Shown in pieces: positions 1 through 13,785 of a DNA stretch of 64,000 nt (positions are counted from its first letter, which is position 1; every line of letters starts with the position of its first letter). Source of the DNA: Octopus sinensis (Eukaryota); the NCBI RefSeq assembly GCF_006345805.1, contig NC_043006.1, positions 79,236,001-79,300,000 of the forward strand, in the 5' to 3' direction. A model generated the notes under the pieces. It was not told where the DNA came from. It worked only from the letters and a program-made list of their open reading frames with translations, and did no database searches. Both the position numbers and the translations under genes were made by a program.

Positions 1-317
1 CAAATGCATGTGTACATGTGTGTATGTTCATGTATGTGAGTGTACAATTTTTTAGTCTGCTTTCTATAAGAAAAGAAAGGAAAAAAATCCATTTTTTGGA
101 AGGTAGAGCAATAAAAAAGACTTACCCAAAGCAGGTTTAAAACAATAAGGTGAACAAATTCATCAAAGTGAACAGGTGTTATTTAGTTAACAGGAACAAA
201 ACAAAACAAAACAGATGGAGGGTAGTGAACAAGCGAGTGAGAAAGGAAACAGAACTGTGTGGAGGGGGAGAATTATTTGTATTTTGCATTTCAATTCTCC
301 CACACAGACACATATAT

Positions 318-538
318 ATTTCTTTATTGCCCACAAGGGGCTAAACATAGAGGGGACAAACAAGGACAGACAAAGGGATTAAGTCGATTACATCGACCCC
401 AGTGCAAAACTGGTACTTTATTTATCGACCCCGAAAGGATGAAAGGCAAAGTCGACCTCAGCAGAATTTGAACTCAGAACGTAACCACAGACGAGGTACC
501 GTTAAGCATTTCGCCCGGCGCGCTAACGTTTCTGCCAG
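318..538 (-). mobile_element. SINE-B monomer (others near 11250-11460, 29410-29522, 40810-40978, 52490-52660)
   Basis: B box GAGTTCAAATTC, body GCCTTTCATCCTTTCGGGGTCGATAAA..GTACCAG. Confidence 0.8.
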
Positions 539-2564
539 ACACATATAAGCTTCCCTTATAGCTCGTTAACTATTAATTACAAATTATGAATTACAAAAAG
601 GTTAATGAAAACTAGCAGTGCAGAAGATTCGTTAGCTAGGAAATGGACACTATAATACTCAATTGCCATTCCAAAAGGAGAAACAGAAAAGAAATGGAGA
701 GGTAGATTGGGGGGGGGGCAGAGGGGAAGAGGAGAGAGAGGAGGAAGAGGAGGAAGAGAAGAGAGAAATGAGGAAAAGGGAAGGAAGAGGAAGAGGAAGA
801 AGATGAGGTGGGCAAAGAAGACAAGAAGAAGAAGAAGGAGGAGGAAAAACAAAGAGCACAAGCAAGGTGGAGGAAGAGGTGGAAGGGTTGGGTGAGGGGT
901 CACACAGAAAAGGGGGCAAATAGGATGCTGTACTGCAATGAATATCATCATCAGTGGCCCTCACCAAAAAATCATCTGAAAATAATTTTCTTTCTTTTTT
1001 TTTTTTTTTGTTTTTAAGGGGAAAGTCAGGTGCAGGGGAATATACTGGCCATTAACTCATTGGTAACTCCTTGCATGTAAAGGTTTCTAGAAGAATGCCC
1101 TGCAGTAGTAGTAATAGTAATAGAAGTAGAAGCGGCAGGTGCCACCACCCCACAAACTGTTCCTCCTGGAATACTGGTTTTCAACATAGAACAACAATGG
1201 CAAACTTCTACATGATTGTACAGCTTGCCAGAAATATGGTAACCAAATCTCCTCCAAGTCACATACCAACATCTTTAAAAATGAATAAAAGGAAGAATAC
1301 ACCGTACAATGTAGTCTTCACACACACACACACTCAGTCTCATAATGGGATGGCCACAGTTTGAATGCTTGCTTTTGATCAATAGAGGCCAGCTTGGGGC
1401 TAAACAACAAGATAATACAAAAGAAGAACAGAGGTGATGGGTGGTGGGGGGGGGGGCAAAAGTAATACAAGAAAAAATCAAAACAAAGAAAAATTGAAAA
1501 ACAAATTCATTAGGGCTTGTTGCAGCCCCAAAATTTCATTGAAATATGTGTGTAAGGAAAAGTCGGAAAGGGTAGAAATGATAATGATAATTATGATGGT
1601 GAATTTACAAAAAGAAAAAATTTTTTTAAAAGACATAAATGTAAAAAAATCACACAAAAAGGAGAGGGAAAAAAAAAACAAGAAACAAACTTGAAAAAAG
1701 TGGAATTCAATATTTTTTAGGGAAAAATATATCACATTTAACATAGAAAATGAAATGATGTAATCAACATTAAATAAATTTCTGTCATCCAGTGTAATTT
1801 CATTAACTTTTGTTATTTCTGTCATCCAGTGTTAATTTCATTAACTTTTATTATTTTTTATCCTTACTGCCTATACTTAGAAAGAAATTCAAACATTTCT
1901 TATATCTGGACTGATTTTTTTTGTATTTGTATTTATCATAATTGATAACATATAAGATAGATACTTTTTTTTTTAATGTTTCAAAAAAAAAAAATCACCC
2001 CAAATCCTATCTGCAAAGTTGAGCTTATAACATATTATTTAATGCTTTAAACCATATCTGGCCCAAATATTCTACCTGCCAGATCTGAAGTCAGATGGTC
2101 TGCGCAAAAACTGCAAAGCATTCTAGCCAGCAATCACTCACAAATATGCTAATTCACCACCTAAATTAAATAATTATGTGTAACAAACTTCTAGCTCTAT
2201 CCCTTTAGCATTTAAACCAGTTATGGCTGGCCCAAATATTTCATGTGTTTTATGCTCAAACCAGCCAGATCAAAACTCAGAGTCTGGGCAAAAACTGCAA
2301 AACATTCTAGCCAACAAACTCTCTCACAAATATGCCAATCTCCACCTAAATTAAATATTTATCAGTAAGAAACTTCTAGCTTTTAAATCGGCCATAAAAT
2401 TCTCCACATTTTATGTTCAAACTAGTTAGATCCAGCTTTTCACACCTACCCTACAATGTCATTGTAAAAAATAAACAATCACATCATTGAAATCTTGAAG
2501 GTACAAGATAATGCAGGATTAATTCTAAATAAGCATTTGGCAGAGTAATCAGAATGTTAAAGGC

Positions 2565-2792
2565 TTAACCCATTTGTTACTGTATTTATTTTGAGATGCT
2601 CTGTGTTTCTTTCAATTACTTTAAATATAACAAAGAATTTAGTAAAATAACTTAGTTTCCATTCAGCTAGTGTTAGGAGAATAAATTGTGACTAAGGTTT
2701 GGTGGAAGATTTTAATTCAAAACTTATCAAAGCAAGACATTTGTACTCAGAGCCAGAACCGGTTTCAGCCGGGTTGGTAATGAAAGGGTTAA
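2565..2792. mobile_element. TTAA-flanked piggyBac-type MITE
   Basis: TTAA-CCC.TTTGTTAC ... GTAATGAAAGGG-TTAA; shares its left TTAA with an adjacent CCCTTTAGCA-type MITE; fragments at 47700-47950, 53580-53850, 62126-62232. Confidence 0.7.
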
Positions 2793-3189
2793 AGCACTAA
2801 AAAAAAAGCCTTTTTCTTGAATATGTGCTGCTAAAATTTGGAAGGGCGGCAGAGCATCTAATATGCCCATATGTCTTTTATACTATCAACTATGATAGTT
2901 ACAATATATTTTCACCCCATCTACTTCATCTGAATACTATACTAGAAGTTACCATTTTTTTCATTTTAAGAGTGTAATATCTTTAAAAAAAAAAAAAAAA
3001 GAATATTCTTTCAGTTCCATTGTCTCCTAAAAACACTTCTCCATTCTTTTATGTTACATACACACACATATATATATAAATCAGTTGTAGAATTCATTAG
3101 AATCTAGATATTTTAGCATTAAGGGCACTAGGAAAGGGTCGAGACCCACACATACATACATGCATCATACATATACATACAATTATATA

Positions 3190-3242
<53 letters not shown>

Positions 3243-3367
3243 TACATACATACATAAACCCACACACACACAGAGAGGCTCCTAATCCAATGCAAGTTAT
3301 AGACCCAGGCTAGAGATGGCTCCAGGTGTGGGTTTTGTAAAAAAGAACATGAGTTTTATATATTATA

Positions 3368-3423
<56 letters not shown>

Positions 3424-3919
3424 TATATTACTCTTTTACTTGTTTCAGTCACTTGACTGCGGCCATGCTGGGGCACCACCTTTTAGTACTTATTCTATCG
3501 GTCTCTTTTTGCCGAACCGCTAAGTGACGGGGACCTAAACACACCAGCATCGGTTGTCAAGCAATGCTAGGGGGACAAACACAGACACACAAACACACAC
3601 ACATATACATATATATACATATATACGACAGGCTTCTTTCAGTTTCCGTCTACCAAATCCACTCACAAGGCATTGGTCGGCCCGGGGCTATAGCAGAAGA
3701 CACTTGCCCAAGATGCCACGCAGTGGGACTGAACCCGCAACCGTGTGGTTGGTTAGCAAGCTACTTACCACACAGCCACTCCTATATATATATATATAAT
3801 ATGAACTGTATGTGCATGTGCAGTTCTTACTTTCAAGCATATTTAAAACAGAACATTTGCTGATGGAGGGACTCAACACTCTCAGTCAATTCATAGCAAA
3901 ATTCCTGTTGAGGAGAGCA

Positions 3920-3961
<42 letters not shown>

Positions 3962-4256
3962 ACAAGGGTGCATGGACTACAGGCGTGAGTGTTGCAATTG
4001 TGAGTTCAATCCTTAGACTGGGTGGTGCATTGTATTTTTTGAGCAAAACACTCCATCTCACATTGCTCTGCGATCACTTGGACACCTGAGGTGTGGCACA
4101 CAGTGTACCTGTTCAGACAACATCTATTTGATGGAGGGAGTGACCTAATGTGTGGCACAAACATTGGATCACTATAAACAAATCATTTGGGCAGGTTGTT
4201 TGGCAAAAGCTAAATGCTCATACATCGTCTTCAACGGGAGAGTCCATTATTATTAC

Positions 4257-4290
<34 letters not shown>

Positions 4291-4297
<7 letters not shown>

Positions 4298-4456
4298 ACA
4301 ACAAGGATATCCAAGGTAGAGTAGTACAATTGTTTCATGCTACTTCATTTTATTAAACATTTTAAAACTGATGTAATACCTTACTGTGTTTAATAAAAAT
4401 GAAATAGCATGAAACAATTGTACTACTCTACCTTGGATATCCTTGTTGCTTATTTT
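4291..4456. mobile_element. fold-back (hairpin) MITE
   Basis: Arms of about 70 bp (4291-4360 vs 4387-4456) nearly perfectly complementary; single arm recurs at 59860-59926. Confidence 0.75.
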
Positions 4457-5752
4457 GATTATAATCACCCCATTTGATTTATATGGATAATACCATACCA
4501 AATTCTGGTGCCTTTAACTTAAGTACCATATTCATCTGAATCTAAATTTTGCTGAATTTATACATATAAACACATTTATTTCATTCGTATATATATAAGC
4601 CCATGCACCTGACACACACGCACATGTTGCATATACACACACAAACATACATATACATATTTTCCTCTTCAACATGAATTTTGCTTTGATCAGATGAAGT
4701 CAAATTCTAAGTTGGGTGTGTCATTCCGAGCCCAGAGATAGGCAACCAAATATCATCAGGGTGGCCAAATCCATCCAGCATGTCCACTAAATCACCAACA
4801 TCAACCCCAGCTTTGAGCTGGCAGAGACCACAATCAGAGATGTGATACATGAGGACATCTGCTACATGTTCTACATGGTGAGGAAGGCAACAGAGAGGGA
4901 GAGAGGAAGAGAGACAGGCAGAAAGACAGAGAAAAAAAGAGAGGGAGAGAGCAGTTCACATCCAGCAAAACCTGATAGAACCATGTGCGCATGTGACAAC
5001 CAGGCTAATGTATGAAATATGTGATTGGCAGGGACAGGTGACAACTGACTGGCAACCCCAGAGTAGTGGGGTCATGCTGGACGGAGGGGAGGTGGGTAGC
5101 CGTAACAGACATACATGTGAACAAACTGGTCCTGCCACACAATTGCTACTCTAGCTATAGAGGGGTCACATGTGGGAGCTAGGAGTGGTTTCAGTGAGTG
5201 ACCTCTTTCTTTAGTGTATTTAGTTGAATGGCTTTCTTTATCTTTTACTCATTTCAGTCATAAGACTGAGGCCATGCTGGGGCACCACCTCGAAAGGTTT
5301 TTAGCCAAACAAAACGACACCAGTCCTTTAGCATTTTTGTCCGATACTTATTATATTAATCAGTGTTTAGCAAACTGCTAAGTTATCAGGATGTAAACAA
5401 ACCAACACTGGTTGTCAAGTGGCAGTGGGAGCCAAATACTAACACCACACACACACACACACACACACACACTACGTGGTGTCTTCTTTTAGTTTCTGTC
5501 AACTAAGTTCACTCCCAAAATTGTGGCCAGCCTGTGGCTTTAGGGCCCAAGATGCCATGCAGTGGGACTGAATCCAGAACCATGTGGTTGAGATGCAAAC
5601 TTCCTACCACACAGCCATACATGCACCTATGAAAGGATTAACACCCCTTTTTTTTTTTGTTAAAATGAATATTTTTTTCTCTATTTGATAACCTTTAATT
5701 TACCATAATTACTGATCTGTTCACAAGCACTTGTCTCATAACTGAGTATGCA

Positions 5753-5830
<78 letters not shown>

Positions 5831-6039
5831 AACATACACACACTTACACACAGCTCGATTACATTTACAAGAGTCCCTTTTTATTAGATGTACGGTGTAT
5901 GCAAATATGCACGTATGCAGGCATGCATAAGTCTTTCCCTATTTAAGCCCTTTTAACAATATGTGTTGCACAAAAAAGGTATTTCCAATATAACTATGAA
6001 ATATTTATATATTTAACTAAATAATTCATTTTGTAGAAA

Positions 6040-6065
6040 TATATGCATATATGTGGGCGTCGGTA

Positions 6066-6097
<32 letters not shown>

Positions 6098-6243
6098 CAC
6101 ACACACACCGATACACACATAGATACACAATTAATATATATGGATGTGCGTACGCACACAGATATATATATATATATATTATATATATATATAATCTACA
6201 CATATACCTTGCATCATATGTATATATATCGCATGTATATGTA

Positions 6244-6293
<50 letters not shown>

Positions 6294-6339
6294 CACATGT
6301 ATATGTGTGTGTATATATATATATATGTACACATGTATA

Positions 6340-6370
<31 letters not shown>

Positions 6371-6598
6371 TATATATATATATATATATAGAAATAGAAA
6401 TATATTTATATATATATATGTATACACACACACACACACACACACATGTTCACATTTCTAAATGTTCATTAGATTCTGCAACAATTTCTTCATGCAAAGA
6501 ATACAGAAATAAATCTGTGACATTTCTACTTTTTTTTTTTTCTTTAATTTCTACTTTCCAATTAATGGAATTTGTTGAGCCAACAAAAAACAATCCTA

Positions 6599-6643
<45 letters not shown>

Positions 6644-6649
6644 CTCTCA

Positions 6650-6683
<34 letters not shown>

Positions 6684-7080
6684 CTCTCTCTCTCTCTTTC
6701 TTTCTCTCTCTACTTTCTCTAATTCCTTTAACAATACATTTGTTGCTGCAGCTATATTGGTGTTTTGGTTTTCAATATTTATTGCACTCTCTCCCTCGGG
6801 CACCCCCCCACCTCAACACACACACACACATACACACACACACACACACATTACATATGTGTTTATGTCTGCGTATATGCATAGTTTGTGCTATGTGTGC
6901 TGGTGTGTGTGTGTGTGTGTCTATGCATGTGTGTACAAATACACACATATACATATAATATATATATATATAAATATACTTACATACACACGCACATATA
7001 TACATACTTATCTGTCTGTATGTATGCATATGTGTGTGTATGTATATATATATATACATACATATATATATATAACTTGT
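6040..7080. repeat. compound dinucleotide microsatellite field (TA/TG/CA/CT)
   Basis: Directly visible; source of spurious YIYI/HTHT ORFs. Confidence 0.95.
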
Positions 7081-8115
7081 GAATCACAGAAATACTTGTT
7101 TTAACTACTGGTCATAAAGTGGGGGAAAGCTTTTCCTCATGGAAAAGATAAAGTTAATTAAAAATAAAATATATATATATGAAATTGAAAACAAATGAAT
7201 AATAATGGAAGTGAAAAAAATGATGAGAGAGAGAGTTTTTTGTTTGGTTTTCTTCCCCCGCTTTGCATATATTGGCAGTGTAAGAAAAAAAAAATCTAGT
7301 AAATACATGAATGTAATTAAAAAAAAAAAAAATGCTGTGCTAGACCAACAAATCTGATATCTACCAGATTAGTAGGTATTAAATTTTTGGAGATTAAATA
7401 GAAGCTAGCCAAGCATGACAGTGATAAACATTAAAAAAAAAATTTATGAAAATTTTTAAAAATTATAAGGTGGGTGGAAGCAATCAACCAAACGTGGCCG
7501 TTGCTATATGTTGTTTCTGATATACTTGCTGAAGTAGCCGGGGCCAAGCAATGCTATATACCAACAGGTATATTTACTGTCTGTTTGGGTAGCTTTTTGT
7601 TTTTAGTATTTTTTTTTTTTGTTTTTTTAATCATTTGGTTGGTTGTTTTTTTTTTTGCACTTCCTTTGTATTTTGTTGTTGTTCTTTTTTCTTTTTCGCT
7701 TTTTTTTTTGTGTTTTCAGCAAGTGGTATACATGACAAACATCTGTTCCTCCTCCAATTCTCCAACCAAAAGCAAGGCCGAGTTCTTCAGTCTTTTACTG
7801 AATGTTGTCCAATCAGCCAATCAGCTTTTGAATGAAGAAAATTATAACAAATGCATTCTCCAATGTAAACACTGCTGTAGTCATCACTATCATCATCATC
7901 ATCTGTGTTGGTCATATTTTTTCTTAGTTCATTTTGATTTGATTTCTGCTTCCGTATGGTCACACATACAGATATCATACATATGCACGCAACATAGAAA
8001 ACATACGCAGTACACGCATATATGTGTAATGTATGTGAAGTGACTTCTGTATCAATATTTGTACAGTACATGATGTATTTACCTAGTGCCAAAGATTGTC
8101 ACAGCAATGAACATC

Positions 8116-8146
8116 TCAGTATTTCTCATCACCAAAGGGAGCCTCA
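8116..8146 (-). CDS. RASA3: RASA3-like last coding exon ([10 protein letters not shown])
   Basis: ctttgcag|T GAG GCT CCC TTT GGT GAT GAG AAA TAC TGA; resembles vertebrate GS-QEHPIGD; phase 2. Confidence 0.85.
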
Positions 8147-11100
8147 CTGCAAAGAAAAAGAAAAAAAAATTAAAAAAAGAACACACAAAAAAAAATCAAA
8201 TGGAAATTGTAGTTAAGATACCCGTGCCGGTGGCACATAAAAAGTACCATCTGAACGTGGCAGATGGCAGAGCTGCCTGACAGGCGTTCGTGTCAGTGAC
8301 ACGTAAAAGTACCAACCGATCGTGGCCGTTTGCCAGCCTCCTCTGGCCCCTGTGCCAGTGGCACGTAAAACGCACCCACTACACTCACAGTGGTTGGCGT
8401 TAGAAAGGGCATCCAGCTGTAGAAACACTGCCAGATCAGACTGGAGCCTGGTGCAGCCGTCTGGTTCGCCAGCCCACAGTCAAACCGTCCAAGAGAAAAG
8501 AACTGAATAGGAAGAACATAATTAATAAGGAACAAATTAAAAACTGCCTTACCAAGAACCTTTGACTGTTTGTTTTTGGAGGATTTTTTTATATTGCTTA
8601 TGTTCCTGTTCAAGCTTTATAACACATGATAATATACTGTTTACTGTCTCAAAACAGCTCTTTGTGTCTTCAATGTGCACTGACCCAGGCATTTCACTGT
8701 CGCCCGTGTAAACTTCTTGACTGGCACAGGCATCTGGAATATGAAAAATAAATACATATCATATTTGGTGGCCTTATATGACGCACTTCTTTTTTTTTTT
8801 TACCAAAACATCTCAAAATATCACCCCAGGTCCAGTATGCATAACTGGACTTCTTGTAAGTTTTGTCCTGGATGTTCACTATTAATAGGCAAATTTTAAC
8901 CCTTTAGCATATCAACAGGTCATATCTGGCCTAAATATTCTATTTGTTTTATGTTCAAACCAGCCAAATCCAGCCTCTCACACCTACCCTACAATGTCAT
9001 TCTTATTTCTTTATTACCCACAAGGGGCTAAACACAGAGGGGACAAACAAAGACAGACAAAAGGATTAATTCAATTACATCGACCCCAGTGCGTAACTGG
9101 TACTTAATTTATCGACCCTGAAAGGATGAAAGGCAAAGTCAACCTCAGTGGAATTTGAACTCAGAACATAGCAGCAGACGAAATACCTATTTCTTTACTA
9201 CCCACAAGGGGCTAAACACAGAGAGGACAAACGGATTAAGTCAATTATATCAACCCCAGTGCGTAACTGGTACTTAATTTATCGACCCCGAAAGAATGAA
9301 AGGTAAAGTCGACCTCAGCGGAATTTGAACTCAGAACGTAGCGGTAGACGAAATACCACTAAGCATTTCACCCAGCGTGCTAATGTTTCTTATCTCTTTA
9401 CTGCCCTCAAGGGGCTACACACAGAGGGGACAAACAAGGATAGACAAACGGATTAAGTCGATTATATTGACCCTAGTATGTAACTGGTACTTATTTAATT
9501 GACCCCGAAAGGATGAAAGGCAAAGTTGACCTCGGCAGAATTTGAACTTGGAATGTAACAGCAGACGAAATACCACTAAGCATTTCACCTGGCGTGCTAA
9601 CGTTTCTGCCAGCTTGCCGCCTTATTCTAAACGGTAAATAATCACAACATTGCAATATCAAAGCTATAATATAATACATGATAATTCAAAACAATGTGAC
9701 TAAAATAAGCATTATATTTGACAGAATTAATTTGAAAGCTAAACCATTATTCCTGTTTTATTTTCATCTATTTTAAATCCATCACCTCCACAAACAACCA
9801 AAATAGCTAAAGTGCATGATAACCCTTATTGTTTACAATATAAACAAATTTATTATTGACAATATAAACAACACTGAGTAACTACAGGTGGTACACCAGC
9901 ATGACCTCAGCCCTGGGCTGAAACCAGTAAAAGGTAAAAGATACAAGATAAATCTTCTGTCTCTGAACTAAAGCAGATCTTATGCCAGCCTCTAATACTG
10001 GTTCATTATATAAAGTCAAGTAACTTTTTAAAACACCTATTCCAAACACAATAGATATATGTTTATACAACATTCAGTGTAAAGGTTCAACAAATAGTGG
10101 TATTTTATGAGAGATTTAATATTCTGTCTCTTTTATTTTCTGTCTTTTCCTTGTTTCAATCATTGCATTGTAGTTATTACTGGGTGAGACATTGTCTTGG
10201 AGAGTTTAGTCAAACAAATCAACTCCAGTACATCATTTTTTTTTTTTTTATAAGTCTGGTACTTACTCTACTGTCTCTTTCGCTGAACCACTAAGTAACA
10301 TAAACAAACTAATACCAGTTATCAAATGATGATGGCAGGACAAATACACACACACACTTGCATACACACACACACATACACACATTGAAAGCCTGTTGAG
10401 GCAAGTAAAATCGAAATCGAAATCAAATTCAATGTCTGGCATCCATGCTAGTGGAGTACTAAGAGTACCATACGAGTGTGATCGTTGCCAGAGAATCAAA
10501 TGCCTCTGTGGCAGTAGCACGTAAAAAACACCATTCGAGTGTGATCATTACCTGCGTCGCCTTACTGGCACTTGTGCTGGTGACACGTGAAAAAACATTT
10601 GAGCGAGATCGTTGCCAGTGTCGCTGGACTGGCTCCTGTGCAGATGGCACATAAAAAGCACCGTTTGAGCAGGCCGTTGCCAGTACCGCCTAACTGGCCC
10701 TCTTGCTGGTGGCACATAAAAGCACCCACTACACTCTCGGAGTGGTTGGCGTTAGGAAGGGCATCCAGCTGTAGAAACTCTGCCAGAAAAGATTGGAGTC
10801 TGGTGCAGCCATCTGGTTCACCAGACCTCAGTCAAATCGTCCAACCCATGCCAGCATGGAAAGCAGACGTTAAACGATGATGATGAATGATAAAATAGGC
10901 TTCCACCCCATTTCTGACTTACTTAATCCACTCACAAGGTTTCGGTCAGCCCAGGGCTATGCGTAAATGTTTGATATGATTAACAAAAGTACCACATAAA
11001 GAAGTTTAATCAGCAATCAATGGTTTTGGTTTTTATTTACTTACAAGTTTGATTAGAATCAACCTTGTTTTGAAACTTCTTATAAAGAAATACATTTAAA

Positions 11101-12632
11101 GATTTGTGTCTAATAAGAAAGATCAGGAACAACAGTGAGTTATTTATTTACTTGTTAAGAGTTGTAAGCCAGAAGCAAAGCTGTGTAATAAAGAAATACG
11201 TTTCCTAACCATATCATTTTTAAGTTTAATCCAACTGTGTGACACCATAGGCAAGCTGGCAGAATCGTTTGCACACAGTATTTTGTCTGTCATTACGTTC
11301 CGAGTTCAAATTCTGCCAAGGTCGACTTTGCCTTTCATCCTTTCAGGGTAGATTAAATAAGTACCAGTTAAGCACTGGGGTCGATGTAATCGACTTAATC
11401 CCTTTGTCTGTCCTTGTTTGTCCCCTCTATGTTTAGCCCCTTGTGGAAAATAAAGAAATAAATGTCTTTGACTATAGAGCACTGGGTCGACAAAATCCTC
11501 ACAAGCAGATTTGGTAGATGGAAACTGAAAGAAGCCTGTCGTATGTGCATGTGTGTGTGCATGTGCATGTGTGTGTGTGCATGTGCATGTGTGTGTGTGT
11601 CTCCTTGTCTTGACATCACACAATAGTCCAGTCATGGCCAAATGGCTGAAGATGAGCACTACCATCATTCAAGCCAGGTCGCTCATTTCCAGTCTTCCAT
11701 AAACAAAAGGCCTGGTCATGGGGAAATACTACGTTGCTTGGAAATAGGTGAGGGTTAGCAGCAGGAAGGGCATCCAGCTGTAGAAAATCTACCTCAACTA
11801 ATTCTGTTTGACGCATATAAGCATATCAAAAAACGATGATGACACAGTCATAAGCCTGAAATTTTGTAAATACCAGGTGTGGGACGTGTGGTAAGAAGCT
11901 TGCTTCCCAACCATGTGGTTCCGAGTTCAGTTCCACAGTGTGGCACATTTGGTAAGTGTCTTCCACTATAGCTTCAGGCCAACCAAAGCCTTTGTGAGCA
12001 GATTTGGGGGCAGTCAGAAACTGAAAGAAGCTTGGTGTGTGTTTGTGTGCGTGTGTGTGTGTCTTTGTGCTCGCTCCCTACCACCGCTTGACATGTTGGT
12101 TTGTTTACATCCCCGTAAGTTTACAGTTCGCCAAAAAAAAGAGCACTAGAATAAGTACCAAGTTTATAAATGAAAAATAAGTAATGGGGTTGATTTATTT
12201 CATTGAAAGTTATTCAAATTGGTGCCCCAGCATGGACACAGTCTAATGATTGAAACAGATAAAAGATTAAAAAAAAGGTAAAAATTAAACAAATATTTAT
12301 TTATTATGAATAGTGTCATCTGGTAGTAATTTTCACAAAAAGAGAGTAATCTCCCTTTATATATGCAGCCATACGTGTGTGGTTAAGTGATTAGCTTTGC
12401 AACATCGTGGTTTCAGTTTTTAGTCCCACTACTAAAATAGCCCTTTAAACAAGTGTGTTCTGCCAGACTGCTTCAAATTGACCAATGCCTTGCATGTGAA
12501 TGAATTTGTAAAATAAAAGCAGTGTAAAAACCCAGGGTGTGAGTGTGTAAGTGCACATATGTGTGTGTGAGTGTGTAAGTGCACATGTGTGTGTGTGAGT
12601 GTGTAAGTGCACATGTGTGTGTGTGTGTGTGT

Positions 12633-12667
<35 letters not shown>

Positions 12668-13754
12668 TCTCTCCGTACATTTGTTCTTTTTGTGTATGCA
12701 TCTCACTTCTCAACTAACACAGTTGGTGTTAGTTTGTTTACATTCCCTCCGCAACTTAACCACTCAAGCAAAAAGAGACCCAAAGAACAAGTACTGGGCT
12801 TGATCTGATCCACTAAACTTTTCAGGACAGTGCTCCAGCATGGTTGCAATTCAATGACTGATAGAATAAGTACCACGCTTAAAAATAAGACACATGTAAA
12901 AGAATACAATAGTAAAAGAATAAAACCTATCTTCAAAACCATTTCTTAATTTAGCCAGACAGGTGTCCTTATCTTGGTCATTGCTTTCACTATGTTTTGG
13001 ATGATATGTGCTCCAGCTTTCTTCAGGTGTCTTGTGGTTTGCCTTAGCGCCTTGCCTGGGACTGAACTCAAGCATACATAATTCCACATCTCAGAAATAT
13101 AGAACTGTATTATCCAATTGGTAGAGAGCCAACATAAGGCATCAATGGAGGTTTATATATCTTAAAAATTCACTCTGTTACTGCCTGCAGGTATTAGCAT
13201 AGTGGATCCGATGCTGGTGCCACAATACTAGCACCTGTGCCAGTGGCACATAAAAAGCACCATTCCAGTGTGAGGCCTCTTGCAGAGGCAATGACAAATG
13301 TCTGAGACATTTTGGCAATATGCGGTGCTTGTGCTTGAGTAGAAGACCCGTCAAGCTAAAGTGAAAAATCAGAGTTATGGCAGATACTGGTGTCATGCAA
13401 CTGGCAGCCATACTGTCTCAGAGTGGTTGGCATGTGGAAGGGTATCCAGCTGTAGAAACCATGTCAAAGGGTAACCATGTCAAATCAGACTGGAGGCTGG
13501 TGCAGCCCTGGTCAAACCATCCAACCCATGCTAGTATTATGATGATGATGATGATGATGATGGTGATGGTAGAGGAGGAGGAGGAGGGGAGGAGGGGAGG
13601 AGGGAGGAGGAGGAGGAGGAGGAGGAGGAGGAGAAGAAGAAGAAGAAGAAGAAGAAGAAGGAAGAAGAAAGAAGAAGAAGAAGAAGAAGAAGAAGAAGAA
13701 GAAGAAGAGAAGAAGAAGAAGAAGAAGAAGAAGAAGAAGAAGAAGAAGAAGAAG

Positions 13755-13785
<31 letters not shown>

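Noticed and set aside
5994-7104. Long ORFs up to 353 aa ([16 protein letters not shown])
   Set aside because: Translations of dinucleotide microsatellites; the same applies to similar ORFs near 13.5, 27.5, 28.6, 35.2, 42.9, 45.4 and 59.6 kb.
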